64,000 nucleotides of DNA from positions 15,625 through 79,624 of IMG/VR virus record IMGVR_UViG_3300009370_001778. One strand, 5' to 3'. The position numbers were made by a program, and so were the translations under genes. Of the stretch, positions 37,606 through 47,612 are shown piece by piece (the first letter of the stretch is position 1; every line of letters begins with the position of its first letter). Below the pieces are notes generated by a model. The model had not been told where the DNA came from. It saw only the letters and a list, made by a program, of their open reading frames with translations, and made no database searches. Source of the DNA: a virus.

Positions 37606-37800
37606 ATGAACGAACAAAGCTTTGAAGTTAGGTTTGAACCATCAATTGGAGAACACTGTTATGTCTACCAAAGAAATGATGGTTCTAGCTTTGGGTCTAT
37701 AGTAAAACCCCATGAGTGGGGGGAAAATTACCAATACAAGTTTTTATATAAAGCGACATATACCTCAGAAGGAAAGTGGAAAAAGAACAATGAACAATAG
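37606..37800 (+). CDS. Small protein, DUF2452-like
   Basis: FEPSIG..YVY.R.DG..F.S...P.EWG. Confidence 0.5.
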   Translation: MNEQSFEVRFEPSIGEHCYVYQRNDGSSFGSIVKPHEWGENYQYKFLYKATYTSEGKWKKNNEQ

Positions 37801-38470
37801 ATGGATAATTGTATTCGACTGGGAAACTGATAGCCCAAACCCAAACACATGCAACCCTGTTGAGCTTGCTGCCGTACCAGTGAATCCTCGCACGTTAGAA
37901 ATAAAAACAGATCAAGCATTTCGGGCAACTATTCGTCCAGACGATATTGATTCCGAAGAATATTTTACCAAAGAAAGACAAGGAACTATAGCTTGGCACG
38001 CGAAGCAGCGTGGAGTAGAAACAGAAGAGATTATAGCAGACTGGAAACAAGGTCAAAGTGAAAAAGTTGTCTGGAAAAACTTTTGCAACTACTGCGCTAA
38101 GTACGAAGTAGACAAAAAGCCGGGACAATGGTATACAGAACCCATCCCTTCAGGATATAATATTATTGGATTTGATCTTGTCATTGCCAATAGGATGGTT
38201 GAAAAACACAAAACAAAGTCTCCTTTCTCAAAGGTAACTAAGATTGACATGATGGACATCCTGTTTATGTGGTTCGAAAATTTAGATGAGCCTAGCAGTA
38301 TGAAGCTTGATGCTTTCCGAGACTTCTTCGGAATGGAAGCAGCACAAGCACATGAGGCACTATCAGATACTATTGACGAGGCTGAGCTGTTAGTGAAGTT
38401 CATGAAGTTTCATCGAAGACAATCGACAGTTGGAAAATTTAAGGATTCATTTGCTAATGCTAAAGTTTAA
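37790..38470 (+). CDS. DEDDh 3'-5' exonuclease (DnaQ/epsilon-like)
   Basis: VFDWETD, GYNIIGFD, AHEALSD. Confidence 0.88.
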   Translation: MNNRWIIVFDWETDSPNPNTCNPVELAAVPVNPRTLEIKTDQAFRATIRPDDIDSEEYFTKERQGTIAWHAKQRGVETEEIIADWKQGQSEKVVWKNFCNYCAKYEVDKKPGQWYTEPIPSGYNIIGFDLVIANRMVEKHKTKSPFSKVTKIDMMDILFMWFENLDEPSSMKLDAFRDFFGMEAAQAHEALSDTIDEAELLVKFMKFHRRQSTVGKFKDSFANAKV

Positions 38471-40094
38471 GTGTGGATGTGAATTTCACCAAGACGAAAA
38501 TGGAAAGACCATATTCGATCCTGATATCAGCAAACTAAACATGGACTGTGTTGCCACTTGGGATATGATCTGCGATGGAAACACCAAGGGGGTATTTCAG
38601 TTAGAGTCTCAACTAGGACGGTCTCTGTCCTCTCAAACAAAGCCTAGAGACATAGCAGAACTATCAGACTTGATCGCAATTATGCGGCCCGGATGTCTAG
38701 AGGCTATAGTTAATGGTAAAACTCTGACTATGCATTACATTGATAGAAAACACAAAAGAGACGCTGTAGAATATTTTCATGACTCCTTAGAGAGCATACT
38801 GGGCAGCACGTATGGTATTTTAGTGTACCAAGAACAGGCAATTCTAATTGCTACAGAAATAGCCGGATTTGATTTGCAAGAAGCTGACATTCTCAGAAAG
38901 GCTATCGGTAAGAAAAAGGCAGATGTAATGGCTGAGGTTAAAAAGTCTTTTATTGAAAAGGCTATAAAAAAAGAGATTGTTAATAGAGAACAGGCTGAAG
39001 AAATTTTTAGCTGGATCGAGAAATCTCAAAGATATTCTTTTAATAAATCTCACTCAGTAAGCTACGCCTACAATGCTTACCTAACAGCATACGCAAAAGC
39101 ACATTTTCCACATGAATTTTTTACCTCATATCTAAGAAATGCCGTTGGTAAACCAGACACCTTCATGGAAGTACAAGAGCTTGTCAATAACGCTAAAATA
39201 ATGGGAATCAATGTAATGCCTCCAAGTGTTACAAAAATGAATGAAGAATTTAAGCTAATGGGGGATAACCCTACTTATGGAATGACCAATGTAAAAGGGG
39301 TAGGCTCGTCTGTATTTGCAAAGATGAGTGCAGACATGGAGGAAAGAGGCATTGACCCAGAGAATTGCGATTGGGACTGCTTTCTGCTTTTAGTGTCTCC
39401 CCACGTTAACAAAAAGGCATTTTTAAACTTGATACTAGCTGGGTGCTTTGATTCTTTTAAAATATCTAGAAGTAAGATGCAGCACCAGTACAGCATTGTA
39501 AAAGAACTTTCGAAGAGAGAAATTACTTGGCTGTCGGAATACAAGACAGACAATCCTGAAGAGAAGGTTAAAGAATGTCTATTAAAAATGATAAGTGTAT
39601 CGGATTCCAAGGATAAAAAAAGACCAATTTTCAGAAAGGCTAGAATTCCAGTGGTTGTAGACCTAGTGGATGCTTATGAAAATCCGGGATATGACCTATA
39701 CGATTCTCCGTCTTGGCTCGCAAAACAAGAGGAGGAGCTTCTGGGAACAGCATTAACTTGCAGTAAAGTAGATGAGTATGACACAAGCAGGTCCAACTGT
39801 ACATGCAAAGAATTTTTAGACGGATTCCAAGGTCAGCAGGGTATATATTTAGCGGTACAAGTCAACGCTGTCCGGGAATGGGAGATTAAAAAAGGACGTT
39901 CAAAAGGTCAAAAGATGGGCTTTTTAACAGTGAGTGACACTAGCTGTTCTATAGATAATGTAACAGCTTTTTCTGAAGAATGGGATAAGTATAAAAAATT
40001 ACTCCATGAAGGCAATACGGTACTACTTAGAGGTATCAAAGACAAGAATAGAGGAAGTTTTTTGATTAAAAAGGTAGAACAATTAACAAGTTAG
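38457..40094 (+). CDS. dnaE: DNA polymerase III alpha, C-terminal part (fingers, HhH, OB)
   Basis: GVFQLES, RPG, TYGILVYQEQ, LRKAIGKK, YSFNKSHS, VKGVG, MGFLTVSD. Confidence 0.93.
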   Translation: MLKFKCGCEFHQDENGKTIFDPDISKLNMDCVATWDMICDGNTKGVFQLESQLGRSLSSQTKPRDIAELSDLIAIMRPGCLEAIVNGKTLTMHYIDRKHKRDAVEYFHDSLESILGSTYGILVYQEQAILIATEIAGFDLQEADILRKAIGKKKADVMAEVKKSFIEKAIKKEIVNREQAEEIFSWIEKSQRYSFNKSHSVSYAYNAYLTAYAKAHFPHEFFTSYLRNAVGKPDTFMEVQELVNNAKIMGINVMPPSVTKMNEEFKLMGDNPTYGMTNVKGVGSSVFAKMSADMEERGIDPENCDWDCFLLLVSPHVNKKAFLNLILAGCFDSFKISRSKMQHQYSIVKELSKREITWLSEYKTDNPEEKVKECLLKMISVSDSKDKKRPIFRKARIPVVVDLVDAYENPGYDLYDSPSWLAKQEEELLGTALTCSKVDEYDTSRSNCTCKEFLDGFQGQQGIYLAVQVNAVREWEIKKGRSKGQKMGFLTVSDTSCSIDNVTAFSEEWDKYKKLLHEGNTVLLRGIKDKNRGSFLIKKVEQLTS

Positions 40095-40125
40095 TTTGGA
40101 AGCTACGCTATAATAAGGTATAAGG

Positions 40126-40578
40126 ATGCAGGATTTAATTGAACAAAACATGGGGCTGGTAGTGTCTGTAGTAGAATCTTTCAGACCTAAGAGCTCCGAG
40201 GAAAGAGATAGTTTTATACAGGCTGGGAGAATAGGTCTATGGAAGGCTCTTCAAAAGTATGACTCTACTAAGGGTGCAGCTTTATCAACCTTTGCTTGGA
40301 ACCCTATTAGGTGGGAGATAATCAAAGAAATAAAGACAGTTTCTAAAAATAAATGTTATTCAATATCAGGAATGCCCAACATTTGTTATGAAAATAAGAA
40401 TGATTTCTCTGAATTATATCCTACAAATTTAACAGAAGAGGAAGCTTTTATTATAGACCTAAGAAGATGTGGATATAAACTAAGGGAAATATGCGACATT
40501 GTTGGTAGGGGAAGATCCTATATTAAAAAAACTGTATATAGAGCTATTTCAAAAATAAGGGATGCCAATGACGAATAA
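40126..40578 (+). CDS. Small sigma-70-family RNA polymerase sigma factor (regions 2 and 4)
   Basis: LIEQNMGLV, IQAGRIGLWKALQKYD...STFA, LT.EE...YKLREI. Confidence 0.85.
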   Translation: MQDLIEQNMGLVVSVVESFRPKSSEERDSFIQAGRIGLWKALQKYDSTKGAALSTFAWNPIRWEIIKEIKTVSKNKCYSISGMPNICYENKNDFSELYPTNLTEEEAFIIDLRRCGYKLREICDIVGRGRSYIKKTVYRAISKIRDANDE

Positions 40579-42202
40579 GAAGAGGGTTCTGTTTGTATCT
40601 GAATCACACAACCTAGCTTCGGGATTCGGTACATACGCTAAAGAGGTTTTAAGTAGGCTTCACGCTACAGGTAAGTATGATATCGCTGAGTTTGCTAGTT
40701 ACGGCAGTCCCGCGAGTGTAGGAAATGTCCCTTGGAATTACTACGGGAATATGCCAGACCCAGCAAACCAGCAGCAGTCTCAACATTATGAGTCCACTAG
40801 TTTGAATCACTTTGGTTTTTGGAGATTTACTCATGTTCTGTTAGACTTTAAACCAGACATTGTTCTAACATATAGAGATCCTTGGATGGACATGTGGATA
40901 AAGGATAGTCCGCTAAGAAGATTTTTTCACTGGGTATGGATGCCTACGGTTGATTCCGCTCCACAAAAACGAGAATGGTTGGAAACATTCAAAACCTGCG
41001 ATGCTGTTCTAGCGTATTCTGAGTTTGGTCAAAAGACACTAGACGAACAATCTAATGGGGCTATAAATACGATAGGCTGCGCCTCTCCAGCTATTGACCC
41101 TACGGTGCACTACCCCTTCTCAGACAAGAAGGCCCATAAGGAATCTCTAGGTATAGATGGAGATTCTTTTGTAGTTGGTACGGTGATGCGTAACCAAAAA
41201 AGGAAACTCTTTATAGAGCTAATGAGATCATTCAGAATGTTTCTCGATAATGCTCCCAAAGAAGTAAGCGAAAAAACTTTTCTGTATCTACACACTAGCT
41301 ATCCCGAAAAAGTCGGATGGGACATTCAGGCAGGTCTACTGGAGGAGGGAATAGGGGCAAACACGCTGTGCACATACATTTGTCGCTCATGCAACTATTG
41401 GAAGCCTATGAAGTTTAGAGGGGCAATAGCCACATGTCAATCTTGTGGAAATAGAACTGCGTTTATGCCTAATGTGGGAAACGGCTTAGACATACCTGAC
41501 CTAGTAAAAGTCTATAATAGTTTCGATTTGTACGTACAGTATGCTATATGTGAAGGCTTTGGGATGCCTCAAGTAGAAGCAGCAGGCTGTGGCGTACCTG
41601 TCGCCTCTACAAACTATAGTGCAATGGAGGACGTTGTAAGGAACACAAAAGGATTTCCAATAAAGATAGATAAGATGTATCGAGAAATGGAGACTGGCGC
41701 TGATAGGGCATACCCTAGTAATAAACATCTAAGTGAAATCATGTTAAAGTTTTTTACAAAAGATGAGGCATACAGAAAGAAAAAGTCTGCTCAAGCTAGA
41801 CAAGGGGTTCTAGATAGATATAGTTGGGACGATACTGCTAAGGTGTGGGAAAACTACATAGACACATACACTCCTATCGGAAGTCAGGGAAAGTGGAACT
41901 CCCCAAAAAGGCAAGTGCCCGTTCCATCTGAGGCACCATCAGTTCAGAGTCCAGAAGACCTAACAAGATGGTCATATGCTCAAATATCACAAAATGACAG
42001 GATGTTTTCTTATGATGCTGCTTTAACAACAACAAGCCTAAATTATGGATGTATGCTATATAATGGTCTCGAACCATTCAATAGAGACACGGTATTAAAT
42101 AAGACACAAGTGCTGGCGAAAGACGCGAACATCGTGGAGGAAATAAGGTGTGGAGAAAGACAAATGACACCTATAGATTTCTTCAAAAGGGGTACAGGTT
42201 AA
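40568..42202 (+). CDS. GT-B (family 4) glycosyltransferase with Zn-ribbon insertion
   Basis: SGFG, RNQKRK, CRSC..CQSC, EGFGMPQVEAAGCG. Confidence 0.88.
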   Translation: MTNKKRVLFVSESHNLASGFGTYAKEVLSRLHATGKYDIAEFASYGSPASVGNVPWNYYGNMPDPANQQQSQHYESTSLNHFGFWRFTHVLLDFKPDIVLTYRDPWMDMWIKDSPLRRFFHWVWMPTVDSAPQKREWLETFKTCDAVLAYSEFGQKTLDEQSNGAINTIGCASPAIDPTVHYPFSDKKAHKESLGIDGDSFVVGTVMRNQKRKLFIELMRSFRMFLDNAPKEVSEKTFLYLHTSYPEKVGWDIQAGLLEEGIGANTLCTYICRSCNYWKPMKFRGAIATCQSCGNRTAFMPNVGNGLDIPDLVKVYNSFDLYVQYAICEGFGMPQVEAAGCGVPVASTNYSAMEDVVRNTKGFPIKIDKMYREMETGADRAYPSNKHLSEIMLKFFTKDEAYRKKKSAQARQGVLDRYSWDDTAKVWENYIDTYTPIGSQGKWNSPKRQVPVPSEAPSVQSPEDLTRWSYAQISQNDRMFSYDAALTTTSLNYGCMLYNGLEPFNRDTVLNKTQVLAKDANIVEEIRCGERQMTPIDFFKRGTG

Positions 42203-43227
42203 TGACCAATATATTAACAATAAGTCCATACAAGGAATTCTCATCTATGGGTGAAAAATCTTTTAACTTTATATCTGCTTTAGATAGTCTGGACTCTGTA
42301 AATACCTTTAATGTACACTACAGCATGGAAAGGGAGTCTAACGAAAAAATAAATATCCCTTTTGATAACAAAGATCTAGATATAGACATTTGTGCGATAT
42401 ACTTGGCTCCAGAAAACTTTGCCAAGACAAAGTATCACACAGTGGGAATTTTTGAACCAAGCACGTCAGGTAATCATTCACAAAAATCATACACAGAGCA
42501 TTTGGACTCATTGATAGTTTATAGCAATAAGCAAAAAAATGCCTGCAAAAGCTTAAACGGAAATATAAATGTTTTAAAACCCTCTATAAACCTAAAGAGT
42601 GTCTTGAATCCCATGAAGTCTGTAGACAGATCTCTCAAGTTCTACATTCCGTCCCTTGAAAAAACAGCGAACATAGACCTTGTTGTCAAAGCATACTTCA
42701 ATACATTCTCTGCTTCTGATACTGTAGCGTTAGGTGTTCTGTCGCAAAACCCACAAGAGGACATTAAAAGATTCGACAGTATAAAAAAAGAATGTTCAAA
42801 CGCTCCAGATAATGAATACCCAGAAATAATACTCTTTACAGACGTTAAAGAAATGCACGAGCAATGCCATTGCTGCATTGATGTAGACAGTACTTACAAA
42901 ATAAATCTGGGTCCGCTAATAGGTTTAAGGTTTGGAAACCCTATCATATGCCTTGAGACATCTTCTATACAGGAGTGGCTCCCAGATGATGTGTGCTACA
43001 GAGTTAAATCTTATGAGGACTTTGTTATTGATTCAGGACAATCTTTTACATATCGCGGTGAGGTGTGGCAGATGTTTTCTATGTTGGAAATTTCTTTTAC
43101 AATGAGGTCTATATACGAGGAAAGATCCAATTTTCGCAAGAAACAACATAAAATCGTAACCGAACACCATAGTTTTTTTGATCCGGCTAATTCAACTTCC
43201 ACAATAGAGCAGGCAATATGTTTTTAG
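42202..43227 (+). CDS. Divergent GT-B-like protein
   Basis: LVVKAYFNTFSASDTVAL, G.PII pattern; cluster context. Confidence 0.55.
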   Translation: MTNILTISPYKEFSSMGEKSFNFISALDSLDSVNTFNVHYSMERESNEKINIPFDNKDLDIDICAIYLAPENFAKTKYHTVGIFEPSTSGNHSQKSYTEHLDSLIVYSNKQKNACKSLNGNINVLKPSINLKSVLNPMKSVDRSLKFYIPSLEKTANIDLVVKAYFNTFSASDTVALGVLSQNPQEDIKRFDSIKKECSNAPDNEYPEIILFTDVKEMHEQCHCCIDVDSTYKINLGPLIGLRFGNPIICLETSSIQEWLPDDVCYRVKSYEDFVIDSGQSFTYRGEVWQMFSMLEISFTMRSIYEERSNFRKKQHKIVTEHHSFFDPANSTSTIEQAICF

Positions 43228-44096
43228 TTAAAAATATAATTAACTCGGTCACTAACCAAGATATAGAAACAGCCCTAGTCATATGTGAGGGTAGGGAAAA
43301 TTATGCTATTGACTTGTGCAAGGTATTCAAAAAGGTTTTTTTCTATAATCGTTTTGTTGACCCGGGCCTGCCTAGTAATGGTCGAATTATCAATAACATT
43401 AATGCAGGGGTTCTTCAAACCTCCTTTGATATAGTTATATCCATAGGAGAGGGTGCAAATGTGGATGCGGGGTATGAGATATCAAATAAGCTGCACACCT
43501 CATTTTTACAGATAAAGACGGTTAGCGATTTTGTTGGAATTTCAAGACCATTTTCCACTCCCAAAACCGGGCCGAATCAACACAAGGGTGTCTCGCAGAT
43601 TTCTATGTACCCCTCTGTTGAGTCATCTTCTAATATATGCATACCTGATATAACTAACGATATTACAAACAATGAAAAAGACCTAAGCTATATAGGGATA
43701 GCTCCTGTTCCCGAAATTTTTATGAACATGTATTTAGGTCTTCTAAGCGAATATCCAATCAAAGTAATGCAGCAAACCGATCCTTCATGTGGTATAATGA
43801 TAGATACATGGCTCGGCAATAGCACACATCTTTTGGAATGTTTAAGAGCAGGAACGACCGTTATCTGCCCAAGAACTCCAGAGAGTGAAAGGCTTATCAC
43901 CGAAGGTCGTAACGGATTTCTGTATAAAGACTTTAGAGAGCTAGCCAAACTCGTTAATTATGTTTATTCCAATAAGGAATCTATAGTAAACGTAGGTAAG
44001 TCTGGACAAAAACTTTACTCAGAAGTAACAATAGATAAAAAAACATTCATTCGTAAGTGGAAAGATGTTATAAAAAATACAGTGAGGAAGATTTAA
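43218..44096 (+). CDS. Divergent GT-B-like protein
   Basis: LLECLRAGTTVI...LITEGRNGFLY...GKSGQ. Confidence 0.6.
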   Translation: MFLVKNIINSVTNQDIETALVICEGRENYAIDLCKVFKKVFFYNRFVDPGLPSNGRIINNINAGVLQTSFDIVISIGEGANVDAGYEISNKLHTSFLQIKTVSDFVGISRPFSTPKTGPNQHKGVSQISMYPSVESSSNICIPDITNDITNNEKDLSYIGIAPVPEIFMNMYLGLLSEYPIKVMQQTDPSCGIMIDTWLGNSTHLLECLRAGTTVICPRTPESERLITEGRNGFLYKDFRELAKLVNYVYSNKESIVNVGKSGQKLYSEVTIDKKTFIRKWKDVIKNTVRKI

Positions 44097-44512
44097 TGAA
44101 ATTACTTATTTATAGCGGAAAAGAACAGTTCGTTTCCTCAGGGGTTGATAGTAAATCACAAGTCATAGAGGGGACGGATCTTAGTCAAACAATAGAGGGG
44201 GCATATAATACCGTTGAAGCATTTGACTTTATTGAGTCTGCAGAATGTGAAGACCCACTAGATATGCTATTGTCTAGGTTAAGAAAAGGAGGAACTTTGT
44301 CTATACAGGGTGTTGATGCAACAAAGGCAGCTTCCTTGTTTATAGAAGGGAACATGGACTCCAAGTCATTTTCGGACCTTCTGGTTGTTAGTAACAAGAG
44401 AGTTGTTAAAGTAGGTGATATTATTAAACATGTAGAATCTAAGAGTGGTTATGAGATACAGTTCGCAGGGATTAGCGGATTACATTATATAGTAGAGGTG
44501 ACTAGAGGATGA
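44096..44512 (+). CDS. Hypothetical protein (methyltransferase-fold-like fragment)
   Basis: LRKGGTL motif. Confidence 0.45.
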   Translation: MKLLIYSGKEQFVSSGVDSKSQVIEGTDLSQTIEGAYNTVEAFDFIESAECEDPLDMLLSRLRKGGTLSIQGVDATKAASLFIEGNMDSKSFSDLLVVSNKRVVKVGDIIKHVESKSGYEIQFAGISGLHYIVEVTRG

Positions 44513-45312
44513 TAAATTCTATACATACAGCGTGTAAAGACTGTGCATTTGCGATATATAAAAATGGAACTCAGGAAGGTTGTGAATTCAACCGTATCGA
44601 GCTATACAGGGAGTCTGGAGCAGAAGTGATTCCTGTATATGACGATGAAAGTAATAATTTTTATGTCATAAATAACCGAATTTGCATTTATCATAGAGAC
44701 AAAAAATGGGTTGACAAATACCCGAAATCTGAAATAAAGAATATTGTCGAGGCTCAAACGAAATCACCCTACCACGCTATTTTGATTAGGGATGAAGACA
44801 AGACTGTAGAAGATGTTAAGAAAACAATAGACTCTCTGGCTAGTCAATACAACCCTCCTACCGTTGTCAGTATTATCAATATGGATATATCTGGCAGTAA
44901 TTATGAGTTTAGTATGCAGATGGAAAAGATATGTAAAGAACACAGTGAAAAGTTTTCTTGGCGTGTCCAGAATATTGTAAACTCTGATAGAACGTCTCGT
45001 GAATGTATTGACCTCGCAATAGATGCGACCTACTTCAGTAAGGCCTATACCTTTTATATCCTCTTTGAGGCTGGATTTGTAGTGCCCGACAGCTTTACTA
45101 AAGAACTGCATGATGCATTCTCAGTTAATCAGATAGTATTTGCGTTTCCTGTTGATAACATCAATGGTTTACTGTGTAATAAGCTCCTTCATAGAAAGCA
45201 TACAGGAAATGCATTCTATATTAATATAGAGGATAAGTTAAAAGAATTTGAACAAGGTGTAGAAAATCACTTATTCCAAATAGAAGAATTATGTCCAAGC
45301 TTGAAACAGTAA
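44509..45312 (+). CDS. Hypothetical protein with N-terminal Cys motif and GT-A-like segment
   Basis: CKDCAF...C...C; KKTIDSLASQ. Confidence 0.45.
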   Translation: MINSIHTACKDCAFAIYKNGTQEGCEFNRIELYRESGAEVIPVYDDESNNFYVINNRICIYHRDKKWVDKYPKSEIKNIVEAQTKSPYHAILIRDEDKTVEDVKKTIDSLASQYNPPTVVSIINMDISGSNYEFSMQMEKICKEHSEKFSWRVQNIVNSDRTSRECIDLAIDATYFSKAYTFYILFEAGFVVPDSFTKELHDAFSVNQIVFAFPVDNINGLLCNKLLHRKHTGNAFYINIEDKLKEFEQGVENHLFQIEELCPSLKQ

Positions 45313-45695
45313 TAATTGCAAGTGAAACCCCAAGTAAGCCCGGTCAAGATTATAAAAAGGTTATTACTTGGTTTAACATACCTCCTAGGCCAGACTTTTT
45401 TAATTGGGTATATCAAAAGCAAAAATATGATATCTTTGGAATAATATTTTATCCCTTTAAATTTACCGATAGAAACTCATTATCAAAAATAGTAGAGGCT
45501 TTTAATTTGCACTCAGATAAAATGCTTTGCATACATTCTGCTGAAGATATAGACGGTAAACAGTGTCTGTTTATAAATAAGCGACTAGTAGATATGGAAC
45601 ACATAGGTGGATTAGAATCTATTATAGAGTATGCTTCTGAAAAGAACTACAAAGTTTTTTCTGTAAAAGGTTTATTTAAAAATGGCAAATCATAA
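45291..45695 (+). CDS. Hypothetical protein
   Basis: Overlapping ORF within the operon. Confidence 0.6.
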   Translation: MSKLETVIIASETPSKPGQDYKKVITWFNIPPRPDFFNWVYQKQKYDIFGIIFYPFKFTDRNSLSKIVEAFNLHSDKMLCIHSAEDIDGKQCLFINKRLVDMEHIGGLESIIEYASEKNYKVFSVKGLFKNGKS

Positions 45696-46383
45696 AATCA
45701 GAAGCGAAGAAGAAGACCCTATTACAGTTATAATAGCCGCTGCTGGAGCTGGCAGAAGGATGAGATCTTATGGGCCAAAACCTTTATTGACAATAAAAGG
45801 AAAAACAATATTATCTAGGCAACTAGAGGAAATACAAACAAAATTCCCAACGGCTAACATAATATTGGTGTGTGGGTTCGAGGCTGATAAGGTTATGGAT
45901 CGAGTACGGGGTAATATAATTACTCTAGAAAATGAAAACTATCAAGATACGAATATAACAAGAAGTGTGTCAATAGCATTGCGGGCGATAAGCACCGATA
46001 GGGCTTTAGTAATTTGTGGAGACCTTGTTTTTTCTAAGGGGACACTTAATCACCTTAATTATGACATGTCTAGCATTCTGGCAAATAAAGATGATCGTCA
46101 ATCATCTGAAGTTGGTTGTATTGTAAACCAAGACGGGAATATAGAAAATATGATGTACGACCTAGACTTAAAGTGGTCACAAATAATATATCTTCAAGAT
46201 CGTGTTTTAGAGGCGTTTAAAAAATTAGTATTTGATAGAAGTAATAAAAAGTTGTTTTTGTTTGAAATAATAAATAAATTGATTGATAGTGGATGTAAAA
46301 TAAAATGTGTAGAAAACGATTCTATTCAAGTAGTTGATGTAGATGTGTCAAAGGATATCGTTATAGCAGAGGATATAGTATGA
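45682..46383 (+). CDS. NTP-transferase (LicC/GlmU-like cytidylyl/uridylyltransferase)
   Basis: IIAAAGAGRRM..GPKPLL, EN..Y..TN, GDLVF, DVD...D. Confidence 0.85.
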   Translation: MANHKIRSEEEDPITVIIAAAGAGRRMRSYGPKPLLTIKGKTILSRQLEEIQTKFPTANIILVCGFEADKVMDRVRGNIITLENENYQDTNITRSVSIALRAISTDRALVICGDLVFSKGTLNHLNYDMSSILANKDDRQSSEVGCIVNQDGNIENMMYDLDLKWSQIIYLQDRVLEAFKKLVFDRSNKKLFLFEIINKLIDSGCKIKCVENDSIQVVDVDVSKDIVIAEDIV

Positions 46384-47204
46384 AGATATTAATAGAGTCA
46401 AGTAATACAATCTCAACTAGTATTCACAACGCTTTAGTTAAAGGGGGTGTTCAATCATTCTTATGGGATAATACTAATGCGGGCATTATAGATGTTTACG
46501 ATGATATTAGACCTGATATCATTATCATAAATGACCAGTGTAATCCCATGCAATGTAAGGGGCTCGCAGCGCTGGAGAATAACATTAACTTCATTTTCAT
46601 TGGAAAGTGGAACGAAAATTTTCCCAAGCCCATCTTGTGTTTAAGTAACGAAACTTATGAACAATTCCCTTCAATACCATTGCCTCCATCAACTGTTGAT
46701 ATAGCTCAAATTGTAAGAGGTTTTTTCGATCCAAAAGTTGCATGCGAAATCGCCATATTTACCGACGGAATGACTGAAGATTTTATTAATGCTCATTTAG
46801 AGGTCATGAATTTACTGATAGTTAAACAGGCTAGATTTTTTGGAAGTTTACGACTCCCTATACCAAACTATCTAGGGGTGGTAGACTTTGATTTAAAATC
46901 AAAAATAATAGCATCCTCTGATATTTGTGTAGATGTGACGGGAAATCTATGGAAACCACTGGCGCTATCTGGAGCTGTCGTCTTGTCACAAGGGTCTCCT
47001 CTAGAAGAATTCTTATTTACAGATGCTAATAGCTTAGATGAAAAAATAGAACAATTCCTAGAGTCTCGGCCAAATACCTCTAGTCTTAAAGCAATAGCGA
47101 TGGAAGGATCTTCCGTTGACATATGTATTGATATATTTAGATTCCTGAAAATTCAGCAGTTGGTAGAACACTTTATTAAAATGAGGCAATCGCTTTTACA
47201 ATGA
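46380..47204 (+). CDS. Divergent GT-B/CgeB-like protein
   Basis: MKILI...RPDIII; IIASSDICV...SGAVVL. Confidence 0.45.
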   Translation: MKILIESSNTISTSIHNALVKGGVQSFLWDNTNAGIIDVYDDIRPDIIIINDQCNPMQCKGLAALENNINFIFIGKWNENFPKPILCLSNETYEQFPSIPLPPSTVDIAQIVRGFFDPKVACEIAIFTDGMTEDFINAHLEVMNLLIVKQARFFGSLRLPIPNYLGVVDFDLKSKIIASSDICVDVTGNLWKPLALSGAVVLSQGSPLEEFLFTDANSLDEKIEQFLESRPNTSSLKAIAMEGSSVDICIDIFRFLKIQQLVEHFIKMRQSLLQ

Positions 47205-47611
47205 TAGGTATAGTTTTAGAAAATCTTAAAAGTTTTAATCTTGACGCATTGAATGACTCCTGTGATAAAAACACTATTGTTTTTACAGACTGTGTGCTAC
47301 CACCCAAAGAGTATCGTAACCTTTCCTTTTTTACCACCTGTCTAGCGTATGACTTCAATGGCGATCTAGTATCAACCTGTATAAAAAGTTCAATGAATAT
47401 ATTGGATATGCCTCTAGCTAAAAGGAAATTTTTTATCGTGCCTCAAAGCTTTTGGGTAGATGAAGAAGTTACCTACAGCACCCTACTGGGTATATATGGT
47501 AATGACAAGTTAGAGCTCTTAGCGACCACAGAAGAGCAGGCGGATATTGTATCCAATTTTTTCAAAAGGCCTACTGTTATACAAAGTATATTAGATATTA
47601 AGGAAATATAA
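47201..47611 (+). CDS. Hypothetical protein
   Basis: Coupled ORF. Confidence 0.6.
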   Translation: MIGIVLENLKSFNLDALNDSCDKNTIVFTDCVLPPKEYRNLSFFTTCLAYDFNGDLVSTCIKSSMNILDMPLAKRKFFIVPQSFWVDEEVTYSTLLGIYGNDKLELLATTEEQADIVSNFFKRPTVIQSILDIKEI

Positions 47612-47612
47612 G

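Noticed and set aside
37500-38560. Split intein or group I intron in dnaE
   Set aside because: No intein N- or C-terminal motifs; the gap is filled by two ordinary coupled ORFs
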